A stretch of 63,912 nt of DNA, filler included, from Folioceros fuciformis (taxonomy: Eukaryota), in the NCBI GenBank assembly GCA_049999805.1. It is 5 parts of 5 records of this genome, joined end to end, with 100 filler letters (N's around TTAATTAATTAA, not from the genome) between each part and the next. Parts side by side here need not be neighbours in the genome. Positions count along the whole stretch, not along the records: positions 18,022 to 37,889 come from JBNGIO010006388.1; positions 37,990 to 60,201 come from JBNGIO010006396.1; 3 more parts are not named here. One strand, written 5' to 3'. The stretch's first letter is position 1. Each line of letters begins with the position of its first letter. This document shows positions 25,601 through 39,439 of this stretch, piece by piece. The position numbers and the translations under genes are program-made. The notes beneath the pieces are model-generated. The model had not been told where the DNA came from and ran no database searches. It was given only the letters and a program-made list of their open reading frames with translations.

Positions 25601-27575
25601 GTTTATTTTTGTTTGTATTTAATCCTTTTCAATTAAAAAAAAGTTAATTGAAATTAGTACACAATTTCAAAAACAATTTAGTTATTGGTTGAAGTTTATT
25701 TCATCTAATATGCAAAAAAGAGGGACAACAAAACCAAATGTATTTGTAATCATCAGTCATCTAGATAAGTTTGAAGAAGATAAAAAAATTTATTATGATA
25801 GTTTACAAGAAGAATTTATTAAACTAAAAGATATATATAAGAAACTTATTACATTTCCTAAGGAAATGCAAATGATAAATACTTATTCTCCAATAGATGT
25901 AGAGAACATATGGGCATACACTTCGAAAACACTAAAAAACTTGTGTGAGGAAGGAATTAAAGTGCCAGAAATGTGTGAGAAGGTATGTAGTGCCTTGATA
26001 AACTGGACACTACAAAACCAATCTCAACCCTTCATGACCCAAGATGAGTTTAAGAGCTTTTGTATGTGCACTTGTAAAGAATTAACTAGCTTGCAGGGTC
26101 TTGACCAAACCAACATTATAAATGCTATTTCGTCTTATCTACATGACAGTGGAAATATTCTTTATTTTAAAAAGTATAATATCAGAATAGTAAATCCAAA
26201 CTGGTTGACTGAGCACTTTGTAGGTCAACTTATACAAACAAATAGTCCTTTACGACAAGAAACTAATGACCAAGGATTTATTGAACAATACGATCTCCAA
26301 CTTTTCCTCAATAAGACATTTGTTAAAAATGCTAAGTACACTAATTTGAAAACCCAAGACTTGGTGAATATTATGGAGGAGTTAGAATTGTGCTACAAAG
26401 ACATTGTAGAAGATCGTCAAGGCTACTTCATTCCAACAACAATGCTGGACAAGGAGCAAGCTCTACAATGGTTATCTGCATCCAAGGATCAAGGAGTGCA
26501 ATACGAATATTTTGGACATCGATTGCAATGTGAAGATTTTTGTCTAATGGTCTTAACTGAGGGTTTTTTTCCACGGTTTCAGGTACACTTTACTTGTTTG
26601 TATGAAGTACTTACAATCAAGAATATGACAAAGATGTTAATCTACTTAGTGTAGCTACTTGCATTCACTCCTAGTGTTTTCTTGTTGTAGGTGGCCTTCC
26701 GAAAGTATCTCTTTTCTAAGCCCAACCTTGGAATGAAGGATCTTCTATACAAGTTAAGTCCCAACCTTATCTCAATGGCTTGTGACAACATCGATATTTT
26801 GATAGAATTGAGTGGTGGAGATGTGCCTGGTAAATATGTTGACATACTCATCAGATCATCAAAACGAAGTCCAAGTTTGGCTAATGCATTTGTGAAAGAT
26901 CACATCCTTGACCAGTTGAGAGCTTTTTGTGCTTCACCGAAAGGTTGCCCGGGAGTTACATTGGTGCAAGGTATCATCAATCCTTATTGTGTACGCAACT
27001 TGATACCTTGCAATGATAGACATGGGCAAGCATGGTTGGAAAAGGATTATAGAGAGTATCTTCTAGATGAAAAGCAAGCTTTGAAGTGTGGGGAAGGATA
27101 CTTTACTATGAGCAACATATCAGATCGTGTATATTATTGGCCTGAAATTCCTGGACATGTGTCACATCCAATATGCGTTCTTGTAGTAGAAATTTTGCCT
27201 GCACAAGACTTGAAGAACATAATGTCGGAGAATCATAAGTTTCACTACGATCAACATCATTCCATATCGAAACTAGCAAGTGATCTAACACATGGCAAGG
27301 AAAAAGGTGTAGGTGGAGATGATGGTTTGTCTATGACATCAAAAGAGACAATTACGAGCTCAAAGTCAAAAGATCCTTCTCCAAGTGTGACTTCAACAAG
27401 TTCTCCTTTTGTAAGGGGTCGTTCTTATGTTTTGGGTAGGCCAAGATTGGAACGCATGGAATATGTGGTGAACAAAATATACAACAATGTGAATAATATC
27501 AAGGACAACCAAAACATGCATCATGGGGAAGTTATGAGAAGTTATGAGCATGGTTGTATTTCATTTTATGAATGA
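22687..27575 (+). CDS. TORNADO1-like Roco protein: doubled N-terminal module + RNI-like LRRs, Roc GTPase, COR; one frameshift in A8 at 25635-25642
   Basis: LRRs such as LQELYLGGC, LRVLDISDT and LRVLNLSGN. Walker A GPPAAG/KTT spans intron 25235-25366, followed by TEGI, SFWDLAGQ and IISHLD. COR motifs YLHDSGNILYF, VNPNWL, GFFPRFQ/VAFR (intron 26583-26690) and CASPKGCPGVTLV. 100-N gap at 24621-24720. 3' end uncertain. Confidence 0.85.
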
Positions 27576-28269
27576 TGATGAGAAACAGTGTAATCCAATG
27601 TTAATTAGCATAACATTTTATGAATTGAATATTATGAAAGAGAGTTAAGACGCAAGCCTAAAATCCATATTTGTAGGTTGTGGGAACATTTGTTCACCTC
27701 GACATGCGGTGCAGAGGGTGCAGATATGTGGGCAAGCTCTTTTGTTGATGTTTTCCATCTTGATGCTAGCAGCCCCAATTGAACATAACATAGTGAAAGA
27801 AGGATTCTGGTCAAATCAAGTACAATGGCAAGACAACAGGTCTCAGAGGGTAACATATATCTTGTGCTCAAGATTCCTTGCTAAGCTGCGCTCTTTTAGT
27901 CAATTGCCTCCCTCTTGTCCTCCACTCCTAACAGCTGGTCTCATGAAGCAATTCGCATGTACAACAACACTTTAAAGGTGGCTATCTAGATTGACTATTC
28001 TTCCACCTCTCTGAGTTTATACTGATACGGAGATGCAAACCCAACATGGCCTCGGGATGCAGGGCAAATTTTCACATCTCCAAACATACAGCTTCAACTT
28101 TTAGTAGGCTCTCTCGAGATTGACAAATGGTTGAAGGAGACTAGAGCAAGAGGCCGTTGATGATGACCATCTCAAAACTCCAACAATAGGATGGCGGAAG
28201 GCTATGTGTAGCAAAACCTTTGGATCCTTGTTGTAAGACCTTGGGGCACATATTCACNNNNNNNNNNGT

Positions 28270-29180
28270 TCTCAGCGTGCATAGCCAGCAATCAGGGAGT
28301 ATTCCATGTCACCACAGCCTTTTTGTCCTTGCTGTCAACAGCCTGGCGGGCAGTCTCTCTTTACCACAATTTTCAGACCCAGCTATCAGGGCATTCCACA
28401 TCACAGTGACATTCTTTGTGGCCACGCTGTCAAAACCCTGTCGTGCATCTTTCAGTTCAACACGTTTTGCATACATGTCTACCAGGTTGGTGCCAAGAAA
28501 CAACTCGGGAGGAAAGCCACTCTGCACCACATCACAATCAAATGTTCTGTAAGATTTCCCTTGTCCATCAGCCAATCAAAGCTGTCAGAAATGCCTGAGT
28601 AAAAAACTAAGCTCAGTGGCAGACCTTCATTGAAGATTCCTCACCTGCGGCACTTATAGCACAGTCGTATGCCTGTATACGGTTTCCAGTGTATAGAAAC
28701 CCTTCTTTCATCTGCCAGAATGCAGTCACAACCCTCCTGGCACGGAACACCTAATGACACGTCCATCCAAAAGCCCAAACTCTTGTCGTGCATCTTTCGG
28801 TTCAACACATTTTGCATACGTCCACCAGGTTGGTGCCAAGAAACAACTCGGGAGGAAAGCCACTCTGCACCACATCACAATCAAATGTTCTGCCAGATGT
28901 CCCTTCTCAATCAGCCAACCATGAAATAATCAAAGCTGTCAGAAATTCCTGAGTAAAAAGCTAAGCTCACGGGCAGGCCTTCATTGAAGATTCCTCACCT
29001 GCGGCACTTACAGTACAATCGTATGCCCACATACGGTTTCCGGTGTATAGAAACCCTTTTTTCACCAGCCAAAATGCAGTCACAACTCTCCTGGCACGAA
29101 ACACCACATGACACGTCCATCCAAAAGCCCAAACTCCTTCAGGTTTCCCAAGAGGGCACGTTTGTCGCATCACATGTTTT
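28270..29180 (-). pseudogene. Tandemly repeated PPR fragments (~360-bp period)
   Basis: LGTNLVDMYAKR...NVTVMWNALIAG. CCAGGTTGGTGCCAAGAAACAACTCGGGAGG occurs at ~28480 and ~28825. Confidence 0.75.
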
Positions 29181-29689
29181 CTTATCATGATAACCTTCCA
29201 CCGTGCATGGCAACCTAGGTTACCACACATGGTTTCTTCCCATGGTGACCTATAGCCAGAAGGTTACCATGGCAAGGAAACTGTGATGCCATGGTAATCT
29301 TCCACCATGCATGTTTCCATGCCAGGGTAACGTAACCGTTGCACAATTCCGGTTCCGAGATTCTCTCCTCCAGAGTGTACTGGAAATGCGAGTGAAGAGG
29401 AGCCTTTGATTTTCCTCATCTACCCCCAAAATGCATGCTCTCCCAACACAGCCATTGCTTCCCTCTTGACTCCCGTTGTTACAAGCTGTCCCTCATCACC
29501 ACTCCCAGTATTACGTGCGTTGCGATCCTAGGATTGATCATCAAAACGTTGATGCTGATTGCGATGCACATGAGGACGAACCTGTATATATCATCAGGGA
29601 CAATTGGGCCCACCGCAGCCTAGGATCTTTATATTGGTGAGCACACAGTGTGGAAGAACCCGGATCAGAGATCGAATGTTGAAACAAGG

Positions 29690-31540
29690 TGCCCCCGCCT
29701 TGCTGGGTGTTTGTTATCCCCAGCTGAAAAAGCTATGCACAGATCCGTCCATGTCTGTCCACCAGCCCTGCCCCGGCTGCTTCCACGCCCCAAGGGTTAC
29801 TCTTCTTGCCTGCATCTCCTCTGCCTGCTCCCACATCTGTGCACCAGTGTATATGTTCGACATCAAGATATATGCTGAGGGATCTTGCTTGTCTAGCTTC
29901 ACTGCTGCATCGAAAGCATGACGTCCCACCTCCACATTGGTCCACTTTCCACAAGAACCCAGGAGAGTGCGCCACACTGCAGCAACAGGAATTGTCCTTA
30001 CAAAACCTAGTGCTTCCTCCAGTCGTCCTGCGCGACCTAGGAGATCCACCATGCATGTGTAGTGATCCACTGTGGGAGTAATACCGTAGTAATTGCTCAT
30101 GGCCTCGAAGTACTGTTGCCCCTTGGTCACCTGACCCGTATGACTGCATACTGTGAGAACACTAAGTAAAGTAACTCCGTCTGGTTGTATGCCAGCCTTG
30201 CCCATTCTGAGAAGCAAGTCGAAAACCAAACCACCGCAATCAGTGCACTCCAGGTGAGAATGTTTCTTTCCGGCAAAAGATCAAACACCTGCTGTGCGTC
30301 GAACATGCTCCCCAACTTTGCATACATGTTTATCAAACTGTTGCCGACAGTAGTATCAACTTGTAGCCCTTGATGTTTGATTTGTCCATGCAGCTGGCGT
30401 CCCAATTGCAGAGCTCCTACGCTTTCGCATGCATGAAGAAGGCACACAAAGGTCACAGAATCGAGGGCAACAATGCCGTCGTGTTGCATAGCCCTGTAGA
30501 GACGGAGGGCTTCATGCCCCATGTTCTGGCTGGAATAACGTGCGATCATGGTATTCCACATCACCACTTTTTTTTTGACCAAGTCCATCAAACACGCCGC
30601 GAGCATCCTGTAGGCTTCCACACTCTGCATACATGTTCACCAGGCTGCCACTGACAACTACATCAGCTTCAAGTCCTCGTTCTCGAATATGTGTATGAAG
30701 CTGCTTACCCTGTTCCAACACTTCATTCCCCAATCTTGCGCATGCCTGCAGGGGGGCACACGAATGTCACAGAACTGGGTGCAGTTGTACCTTCTTCTTA
30801 GATACGCCTATACAAACAAAGGCACTGCAGCCCCATGTCCTGCTGGGCATACCCTGCAATCATGGCATTCCATGTCACCACATCTCTGTTGGGAAACCCG
30901 TCGAAGACTGTTTGAGCCTCTTCCAAGCTGCCACACTTTGCATACATATCCACCAAGCCACTGCAGACAAACAAGTCAGGCTCAACTCCAGTAGCCATAA
31001 TATCAGCATGTACCTGCTGCCCAGATTCCATTTCTGCTCCCCTGGCACAAGCCTGAGGGGCTGTGCTACAAACACATGGCCATCTGGCTTCACACCCGAC
31101 CTGCGCATCCCACAATACATTTGCACGGCCTGCTTGTCCTGTCCATGTTTAACGAGCACAGATATCATAGCGGACCATGTGAAGGCATCGGGTCTGGAAA
31201 CCACGGCGAACACATCCAACGCTTCTTGCAACATGGCCTGAGAAGCATACATTCGCAGAATGTGGTTGCACAAGAACGTGTCCGACTCATGCCCCCTCTC
31301 CACCACGAGAGCATGAACACGGCCACACAGACACAAGTTCTTCTTGGCCACACAGAGACAAGTTCTTCTTAGCCACACACTCCTTGAATACGGTGTAAAA
31401 GAGGGAATTAGAGATAGGAATCTCAGTGCGTACCGGAGGTCCCAGAGCATCAACACCCTCGGCGAGCTTCCCCTGCCGACAAATTTTGCTCACAGTTTCA
31501 GCTGTGACGGATCCTGCTGGCCGGCCAGAGTCATGACATG
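29690..31540 (-). pseudogene. Frameshifted PLS-E WW-type PPR, paralogue of 9113-12361
   Basis: Fragments FLCNHILRMYA, MYAKCGSLEEA, HYTCMVDLLGRAG and KQPGQGWWTDMDG are spread over several frames. Confidence 0.88.
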
Positions 31541-33490
31541 ACAGGTGTGCAGAGGAGCGAGCTGCGAATACAAAAGTTCCGAGCAGCTGGATCCGGGTCC
31601 AGCCAGACGCCCTACTGCACGAGTTGGCCTTCCTGCAGAGGTGCTGAACCTCGCGGATTCGTAATTTGCTATTGGCTTGTGCCATGAAATCAGGTCATCG
31701 GGAGCTCGTCCTGGACCGCTTGGTTGCGTCCAGAGAGACTGCACCCCCGACGGGTCACGTCAGCATGATTGAATTGCAAAGCCGCAGACAGCCATGCTCC
31801 AGCCCCTCGTATGGATGCAACAAAGAGGAACGCGGTACAGGCCGCCAGTTGCCTTCTGAAGGCCTGTCCAAGCACAGGTGCCTCAGTGATGGTGGATGCG
31901 CTGGGTGCAAACCGATTCATAAGCTTAGTTCAGTCCACAATTTTTTTTTTTAAGATTTATATATCGTTGTTATTATGCGTTTCATTCATTTGGGTTCGTT
32001 CTAGTTACTTCCATGGTTGGGGTTACTTCATGTTATTGTTACATGTTTGATTCATTTGTATTCGAATTAAGTGTTTGGTTGATATAGGTTAGGTTAATTA
32101 TGAGTAAAGGGATTCGATCCCACACACATGTCCCCAAAGAATCAGCCCTAACTAAAGGGCAAACTTGAAGACCAAGAGCTCCTTGATCAGGGACAATCAC
32201 AATCCATAAACAACCTTTAAAATAATTAATAGTAAAGCCCAACACAATCCATAAACAATCTTTAAAATAATTAATAGTAAAGCCCACCACCCTCCTGGGT
32301 GAACTTGGAAGTGAACCTGTTCCAAGGCTCATCTCTGATTGCATCTCTTTTGAGGGTTGGGGGCTTGAATCTGCGGAACAAAAATGGTTAGAAAGGACAT
32401 GTGTAGACATGGCATGTTCTAGCTTTGAAATTCCGCAACCAAAATAGACCGCGATTCTAGAAACTTCTTGATTCAGTTCCAAATTTGATCAGGGAAGGAA
32501 TTGATTGCTGTTCTTAGCACTTGCATATCCTTGCTGTAAGATGATCTCGTGCTAGAAGAAAAGTTGGAGAACTCACCTCCTTCACTCAAGGTCTATGTGG
32601 AGATTCAAGACCCTTGACGAAGCCTCTTAAGCTCCTAGCCTATCACCGCCGCGAGATTCATCTGCACGAGTGCAGTAGAAATAGCAAGTCAAGTACATAN
32701 NNNNNNNNNNNNNNNNNNNNNNNNNNNNNNNNNNNNNNNNNNNNNNNNNNNNNNNNNNNNNNNNNNNNNNNNNNNNNNNNNNNNNNNNNNNNNNNNNNNC
32801 CAGAGCAACTCCTTTCTATCCCAGTCCTTGTATATATAAGAGGGTTATCAAAAGTAAAGTACTTCTTCACTTATCTCACATTATCACCATACTCGCACGT
32901 AAACTTTTCCATGGAGATTGTAGTGAAAGATGTTGCATGTATCCTCCTCTTTATGATTCTTGCCTTCTTGTCGACACAGAATGATACTGGGTTTGAGTAA
33001 AGCAAGCTATTTGATGCTAGCATGTTGCTTCTTCGTTCTATGGTTCCATCAGAAACACACTCAGCCAAGCAAGGGTTTAAGCAATTGATTAGACGACTAC
33101 GAGGCTCATTTCGTGTTTCTTCGTAAGCAATCAGGCAATTATTGTATCACCATATCTAAGGCTTTGCGAGATTAAAGTTCAGGCATCAAACTTACTGTGT
33201 CGCATCGGCGCTGTGGCTCCCATCCTCGCCTTTGAATTGCACCAAACGAGTAAAGGTTGGTGGAGAGTACCTGACTCGGGACACAACCCCACAAACACTT
33301 CCTTGTTCGTCCCCGCCCAGGTCAAGAATGTAAAGCCCTTCTTCGAACGCAGATGCTGAGGCGACCTTCGTCGTGGATCGGGCAGAGTTGTGAATATCAC
33401 CTGTTGTGAGAGAGCCTAAACAATCCTACCTCCTTCTTTCCCTGCTCAACCCTGCTCTAAACCCTTAAATCGCGTCCAATGTCCGACACC

Positions 33491-36400
33491 GCGGATTTAT
33501 CACCGGAGATGACATCCTCAATACCTGTATCATCCCCGCAGCAGGCGATCACGGGCCAGCGCCATACTCTGCGTTTCGAAGAAGGGACAAACTGCGCCCC
33601 GGCTACTGTCTATTTCAGCCAGCTTCAGATGCCAGTATAGAAACTGATTGACAAACGGAAAGCTCACTATACTGAACCATAATCGAGATTCATCGCCCTA
33701 ACACCTCCCACGCAATTTTCAGCCTGAACCATGACTGGACCTTTCTGCGACAACCATGCCCGAAATTCGAAGGCAGACAGTCACACACGCCGAATGTGAG
33801 TCACGTCAACGCCAAAATGGATGACAGAATCGTCGGTTCCACCAAGTCCGGTGCGAACCACATGGACCACCAAGGTGCAAGATTCGCAAGGTGGTGTTCC
33901 TGGCCAAGCTCAGAAACGCGGCGAGGAGAGACGAAAGACAGGATAGAGCGCAGCCGCTGTTCTTCAGACTCGTGTCCGCACAAGAGGGATAACAGACTCC
34001 GCAGACTCTCCCAAAATGAAGGCCGCCTCAAACAGGTCTCCATATTGCAAGGCAGTGAATGCATCTGTTTGCTGTGGCTAAGTATGCGATGTTATACACT
34101 TGGAATGTACAACTCCACTTTCCCCGATGTGAACAGGGGGAACAACGGTACGTACCATGGACAAAAACTGGAACATCTTAAGCAGACAGAACTGGCGCCA
34201 GGAGATGCTTTGTCTTGACCGCCGTAATCGAATGACCTTGATTAGTCCTAACAACTGCCTTTCCTTTTTCCTCTACCATGCTAAATCTATGCTTCGTGTC
34301 GGAAGCGTGTGCTCACGCTTTCAGCCTTACTCTCCTCTGGCATCCTGCAGGCATCCAAGAGCTACCATCGAGCCCCTCATATCTTGCTGCTCGTCCCCCC
34401 AGTTTGGCTTACGCACGTTGCTTTATCTAGAGGACCTCCTGGAGCTCCTCATCACGGAAGTCAGGCGATGTGGAGCCATTGTCATCGTCACTGTGATCCA
34501 AGCAGAAAAACAAGCAGACGCAACACGTCCTGGTGACGCCCTCCTCTGGAAGGTCCACCAGGACACATTGAGCAAATTGGATTTCTTGCAAACATGCTGC
34601 AACTGCCAGCTTCATTGCCTCCTAAGAGCTGGCTCCTTGCGGTCACCTGAGCCAAGCCTCTTAAGAGCAAGAAGAGATGATATCATCCAGGCAGACATGG
34701 CTGGCAGGAGCACAAGGTGAACCAACGGATGCAACAGGCACCCACCGCACAAAGCTTCACTAGATAGGACTCCTCTCAGGCGAGTGCAGTCAGGTGTCCA
34801 AGGCGTGGGGCCCCTGCATGAATCATTCTTCTGTCGAATGTACGCTCGGGACAAGATGAGTCGACAAGGGAAGGATATGGAGAATCTCCTGAGCACAACC
34901 TCATCGACGGAGCTGCAGTGACGGATGTGGTAGTAGCCATTGCAGCGTTTGAGCTCATGTGATGCGGCCGATGAAATAGTTTACTTGAGCAGTAGTTGCA
35001 CACACAAAGACCTCGCAAGAAACTGAGAATTCCCTTCCTTGGCCTAAAGCCTCGAGTCTTGGCCATGGAATCTTGATCTGCATGTAGGTCCGTAGGAGTT
35101 CCATCATGCCTTCCTTCCCCGCAGGCAGCTAAGGAGGCCAAGGCATCATGCATACAACACGGTGGGGAAAGGAGCGCACCCCATCCGAGAACATGATCCG
35201 TCCCTGGGAGACTACCTGGGGAGTTCCAATGTCCTGACGTCTGGAGACTGCTTCAAAGGGATGACAGCATGGGCCAGCTCCCCTTCTCGTCCTGTTCGAC
35301 TCTTTCAACTGCAACAACCGTTTGCGCATCGATGCACACGGTACCCATCTCTCACAGCAATGTGTCTCTTTTCAAGCCTTGACATGATCACCGTGCAGCT
35401 GTGACAGTCACTGCACATGCGTAGATTCTTCGTCATCACCAGAGGTGTCCCACTCGAAGTGTTCAACAGACCAAACGCCAGAGCTAGGCTAGCTTCTCAG
35501 CATGCCCGCAAAGCGCATCTTCCTTTTCCTTCTCACGCACAGGCTTCAACACCAAAATTTGTGCGAGGAACGTGGCCTCCTTCCTGCTTCAGTCGCGCAT
35601 TCGTGCACAGTACCTTCAGCGCAATATCCTCTCTCCTCCCTCCCACCACAAATCTATGTACTTGCTTTTTCACGTGAGTAAACGAGGCGGTCCATCAGGT
35701 GGTTGGCATGCCTCGGGGCGGAGCAGAGAAGAGATGGTTGGAAGGAGAGTGGTTCGCAGATTCGTTAGGAGAGCGGCTGGCAGAGTGATTAGTTTCACAT
35801 GTGATTTTATTAGTCCCAGCAGGGAAGTATAGGGAAATGATGGGGTGAGTGTAGTTGATTGTGTGTTGCTTCCTCGTACACTGTGCACCAGTTACTGTTC
35901 TTGTGGCAGGACGAGAGCAAAGAGACGCAGGGCACAAATCTTGAGGTTCGTGTGTTGGACACGAGTGAGAGATTCCGATGAAGTGGGTGGTTTCATGCTC
36001 TCTACTACAATCACAAAGCGACAAGTGCATTCCTGCTTTGAGTGACGTCCTGTGGTGAATTCCTGAACCACGAACGCAGACACTGTTGAGGTTGCACGGA
36101 CAAAGCAATGCAAAACAAGGTGAGTATCTGCACCTTTACGTTTCTTCCACAGCAGGATGCGAGTGTTCCAAGAAAACGTGTCTGACAAGCACAGCCTGTT
36201 GCAGGGGGCGAAACCTTCAGTCTCCGATGTGGCAAGGTGGTTCAGGTTCAAGTCGTAGGGAGAGGATTCGTGGTTCCGGTTGGTTTGGTAAGAGTATGGG
36301 ACAGATTACACTGGAGGTGTGGGATGGAATCCCAACATGTCTAGAAGCACCTGCTGTGGCTCCGTAGCTCACCTTGATTTCCACAGCTGACCTGGAACTC

Positions 36401-37889
36401 CCTGTTCGTGTGTGTGCATGGGTCACAATCGAGGCACGATGCAGACGGTGGTGCATGCTTCAGAATTCGAAGCTGCAGGGTGCCCTAGGGGTCTCTGTAA
36501 CGATGCTTGCCGATCATGCTTGTAGTGTAGAATCCTCAACACATCCACATGATTCCGTTGTTTCACTGACTCGTGACATGAGTCGTGAATAAGAAACCCC
36601 CTTGGGCTTGCATACACAAGGCTCTCTGATGAAGCACGTTGACTCTCCATGTTGCTGTCTGCACTGCGCTCCACGCAGGGCAGGAAGGTTGGCAAGACTG
36701 CTGAGATGAGATGCATATGTATGCATTGACATAATTTGTCACCATGGTTCAGGCCAACATGTTGTCACGAGTTTCAAGGCGTGCTCCGTCCACGGCTCCT
36801 CCAGGCTGCGGTCCTGTGTCTACAGCTCTTGCAATCAGTGCCAAACCTAGGGTGCCAGTCAGCTAGCTCCCACTCGTTGAATAGGATGAGTGTGACCGTG
36901 AATTTCTGTTCGTACTGACAGCTCTCAATTGTGGTCTCCACACGAACAAACGCCACCCTTGAACTGATGAACTCTGTGGGCGTCTCTAATTATGATCTCC
37001 CTATTCTCAATCTTGGAGAAGATCTTCGTGCCTCTGTGGCAATGGTCACACATCCGCAGATTTTTCGTTACCAGCAATGTGGTGCCTTCGGGTGTGTTGA
37101 AGGAGACCATAAGCTAATGCAAGCTTCTCAGCGGGTCCACCAATGCAATCACCACACTCCCATTCACCTCAAAGCAGCTGCCCGCCAAATCAGCATGTAA
37201 CAGTTTCCCTGATGCCAAATCACCGATGTCTGCACAGGCTTTCAACACTGCCACAAACGTGTAGTCATTTGGTTTCACACTGGATTGCCGCGCCTGCAAA
37301 TACAGTTTTATGGCCTGCTCAGCTTCCCCATGTTGCGCGTATGCTGTAATCATTGAAGTCCAGACAAAACCATTGGGTGCCGGAAGTGTCCTGACCACCT
37401 GGTTGGCCTCTGCTAGACTACCATGAGAGGCATACATGGGGATGATGTGGTTTTCTAGAAAAATGTTGCGGCTGTACCCACGTCTGTCTGTATCCAAGGG
37501 CATGCACATACCGTCCCATGGCTAGGCTCTTGTGAGCCTAGCCACCTCTTCAACAAAGGATACCAAATACCCACCGACACCTGGATTCCCTGCTTGCACA
37601 TGAGGTCCAAAGCCCGCACTGCTTCGAACAGCTGGTCATCTTCGCACACTTGGCTGAAAGTACCAGCAAAGCATCAGACCAAGCTAGCCATTACATGATA
37701 CCAGCAAGAAGATTTGCCATATCCCAAAGATGTACAAGGATTCCATCTGTGAAAATAAGGATACCTGACAAAATCATCCTTGTCCTTGCCGAACCCATGT
37801 TCCTCATCTACTAGGGAGGGCGCTGCAAAAGGAGCAGAGAAAACTTCGTCCAACCCTGAGAAGTCCTGCACGAGCGCTCTTATCTAGGG
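33491..37889 (+). repeat. 4.4-kb block, copy 2
   Basis: Matches 18022-22420 and ends at the contig linker. Confidence 0.95.
36925..37670 (-). pseudogene. Duplicate of the PPR-DYW:KP pseudogene
   Basis: Identical translations to 21456-22200. Confidence 0.85.
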
Positions 37890-38350
37890 NNNNNNNNNNN
37901 NNNNNNNNNNNNNNNNNNNNNNNNNNNNNNNNNTTAATTAATTAANNNNNNNNNNNNNNNNNNNNNNNNNNNNNNNNNNNNNNNNNNNNGTTTTCTACAT
38001 TTCTATATGCTATTACAAGCATAACTAATTTGTTCATAGGGCATATGAAGATTTTTTTATTCAATCTAGTGATTATACTTATCCAAATACTTTAGGGGCT
38101 AACCTAAAACTAAATATGTATAATTTATTTGAATATTAAATAATATCTCTATTTATCAAATCATACGGTTACTTTACACATCTAAGAAGCCATTAAGTCG
38201 AGAGTATATAGCTTTAACTAAAATTAATTTAAATTACGACCCTAGATCATATTTGTAGCTAAAGAAATTGCAAGAAAACCTTCTGTAACATTATAAGCTT
38301 TTTGTTCACATAATAAAAGGGTCAAGAATAACATGCACTACAATACATAA

Positions 38351-38842
38351 CTATGGGAATAGAATGCTTTGTTCGAAAGGTGGTTCAGGTATGTATGGAC
38401 AACTATTAAACATGGATTTTGTTGAGTATCGAATAAAACAATCGAAAACAAGATTTACACCAACACTCGGAATCCCCATACAGAGTTCAATCAAAATGAT
38501 TTTAATAGAACGAAGACATGACAAACATTCCATTGCTGAGGTCATTGTTTCATTGTTCTTATAACATGTCACTACTCCCCACAAATAAGGGCCATACACC
38601 ATGACAGTTCTGTAGGAAGCATAGTGAGGCAACCCATGTTCAACGTCAAATTTCCTCGCTCCATTGACGATTAAATCGTCTAAAGCTTGAGTTACGAATT
38701 GTCCTATTTGCACCGAATGAATTAGTGGTACACCGCAGTAATGATAAACCGGATGCAAATTTGGCATAGCATGCACTACCCAAAATCGTAGGAAGATAAC
38801 TAACACGACTTCAGGACGTAAAACAAATTTAAGGTGACTCAT
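38351..38842 (-). CDS. Small secreted Gnk2/DUF26-like cysteine-rich protein (163 aa)
   Basis: ATG at 38842, hydrophobic leader, YHYCG, LWGVVTC-X12-CLSC-LR, LC and DCFIRY. Confidence 0.75.
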   Translation of the reverse strand: MSHLKFVLRPEVVLVIFLRFWVVHAMPNLHPVYHYCGVPLIHSVQIGQFVTQALDDLIVNGARKFDVEHGLPHYASYRTVMVYGPYLWGVVTCYKNNETMTSAMECLSCLRSIKIILIELCMGIPSVGVNLVFDCFIRYSTKSMFNSCPYIPEPPFEQSILFP

Positions 38843-39439
38843 TGCCACTTTACCAAGTTCATATGGAGATGATTTGTAGAGGAAAAAATAATAGGAATGA
38901 TATATACATATATATTTATAAATATATATATTCATATATGAATATATATATATGTATAGAGAGAGGTTACTTAGACTTGAAAAAAATTAGGACATTTTTT
39001 TATAATAAAAAAATATTGAATTTGATTTAGTGCATATTATATTATTTAAGACAAAGAGNNNNNNNNNNNNNNNNNNNNNNNNNNNNNNNNNNNNNNNNNN
39101 NNNNNNNNNNNNNNNNNNNNNNNNNNNNNNNNNNNNNNNNNNNNNNNNNNNNNNNNNNTGGTGGTTTATAAAAATGATAATTATTTAGGTAAAAAATTTT
39201 ATTAATAAGATTAAGAATATCAACTTTTTAAAGGCCTTCGGAAGAGGTAGTTATCCTATTTATATAGGCAGTGTCTGTTGCTGAGAATCTTTAGGCACCT
39301 TCACCTTTTCTTTGCTTTTGTTACCTTTTTCTAAGATTATTTAGCTTTGTGTAAAAAATAAAAGGAATATCTTACTTATTGAGAGGATTAAATGATAATC
39401 TTGTATGACATCACTATAGATAGCACATCTAATTTGCAA

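Noticed and set aside
32658-33400. Possible minus-strand continuation of the Roco remnant
   Set aside because: Only vague motif echoes, too degraded to assign.
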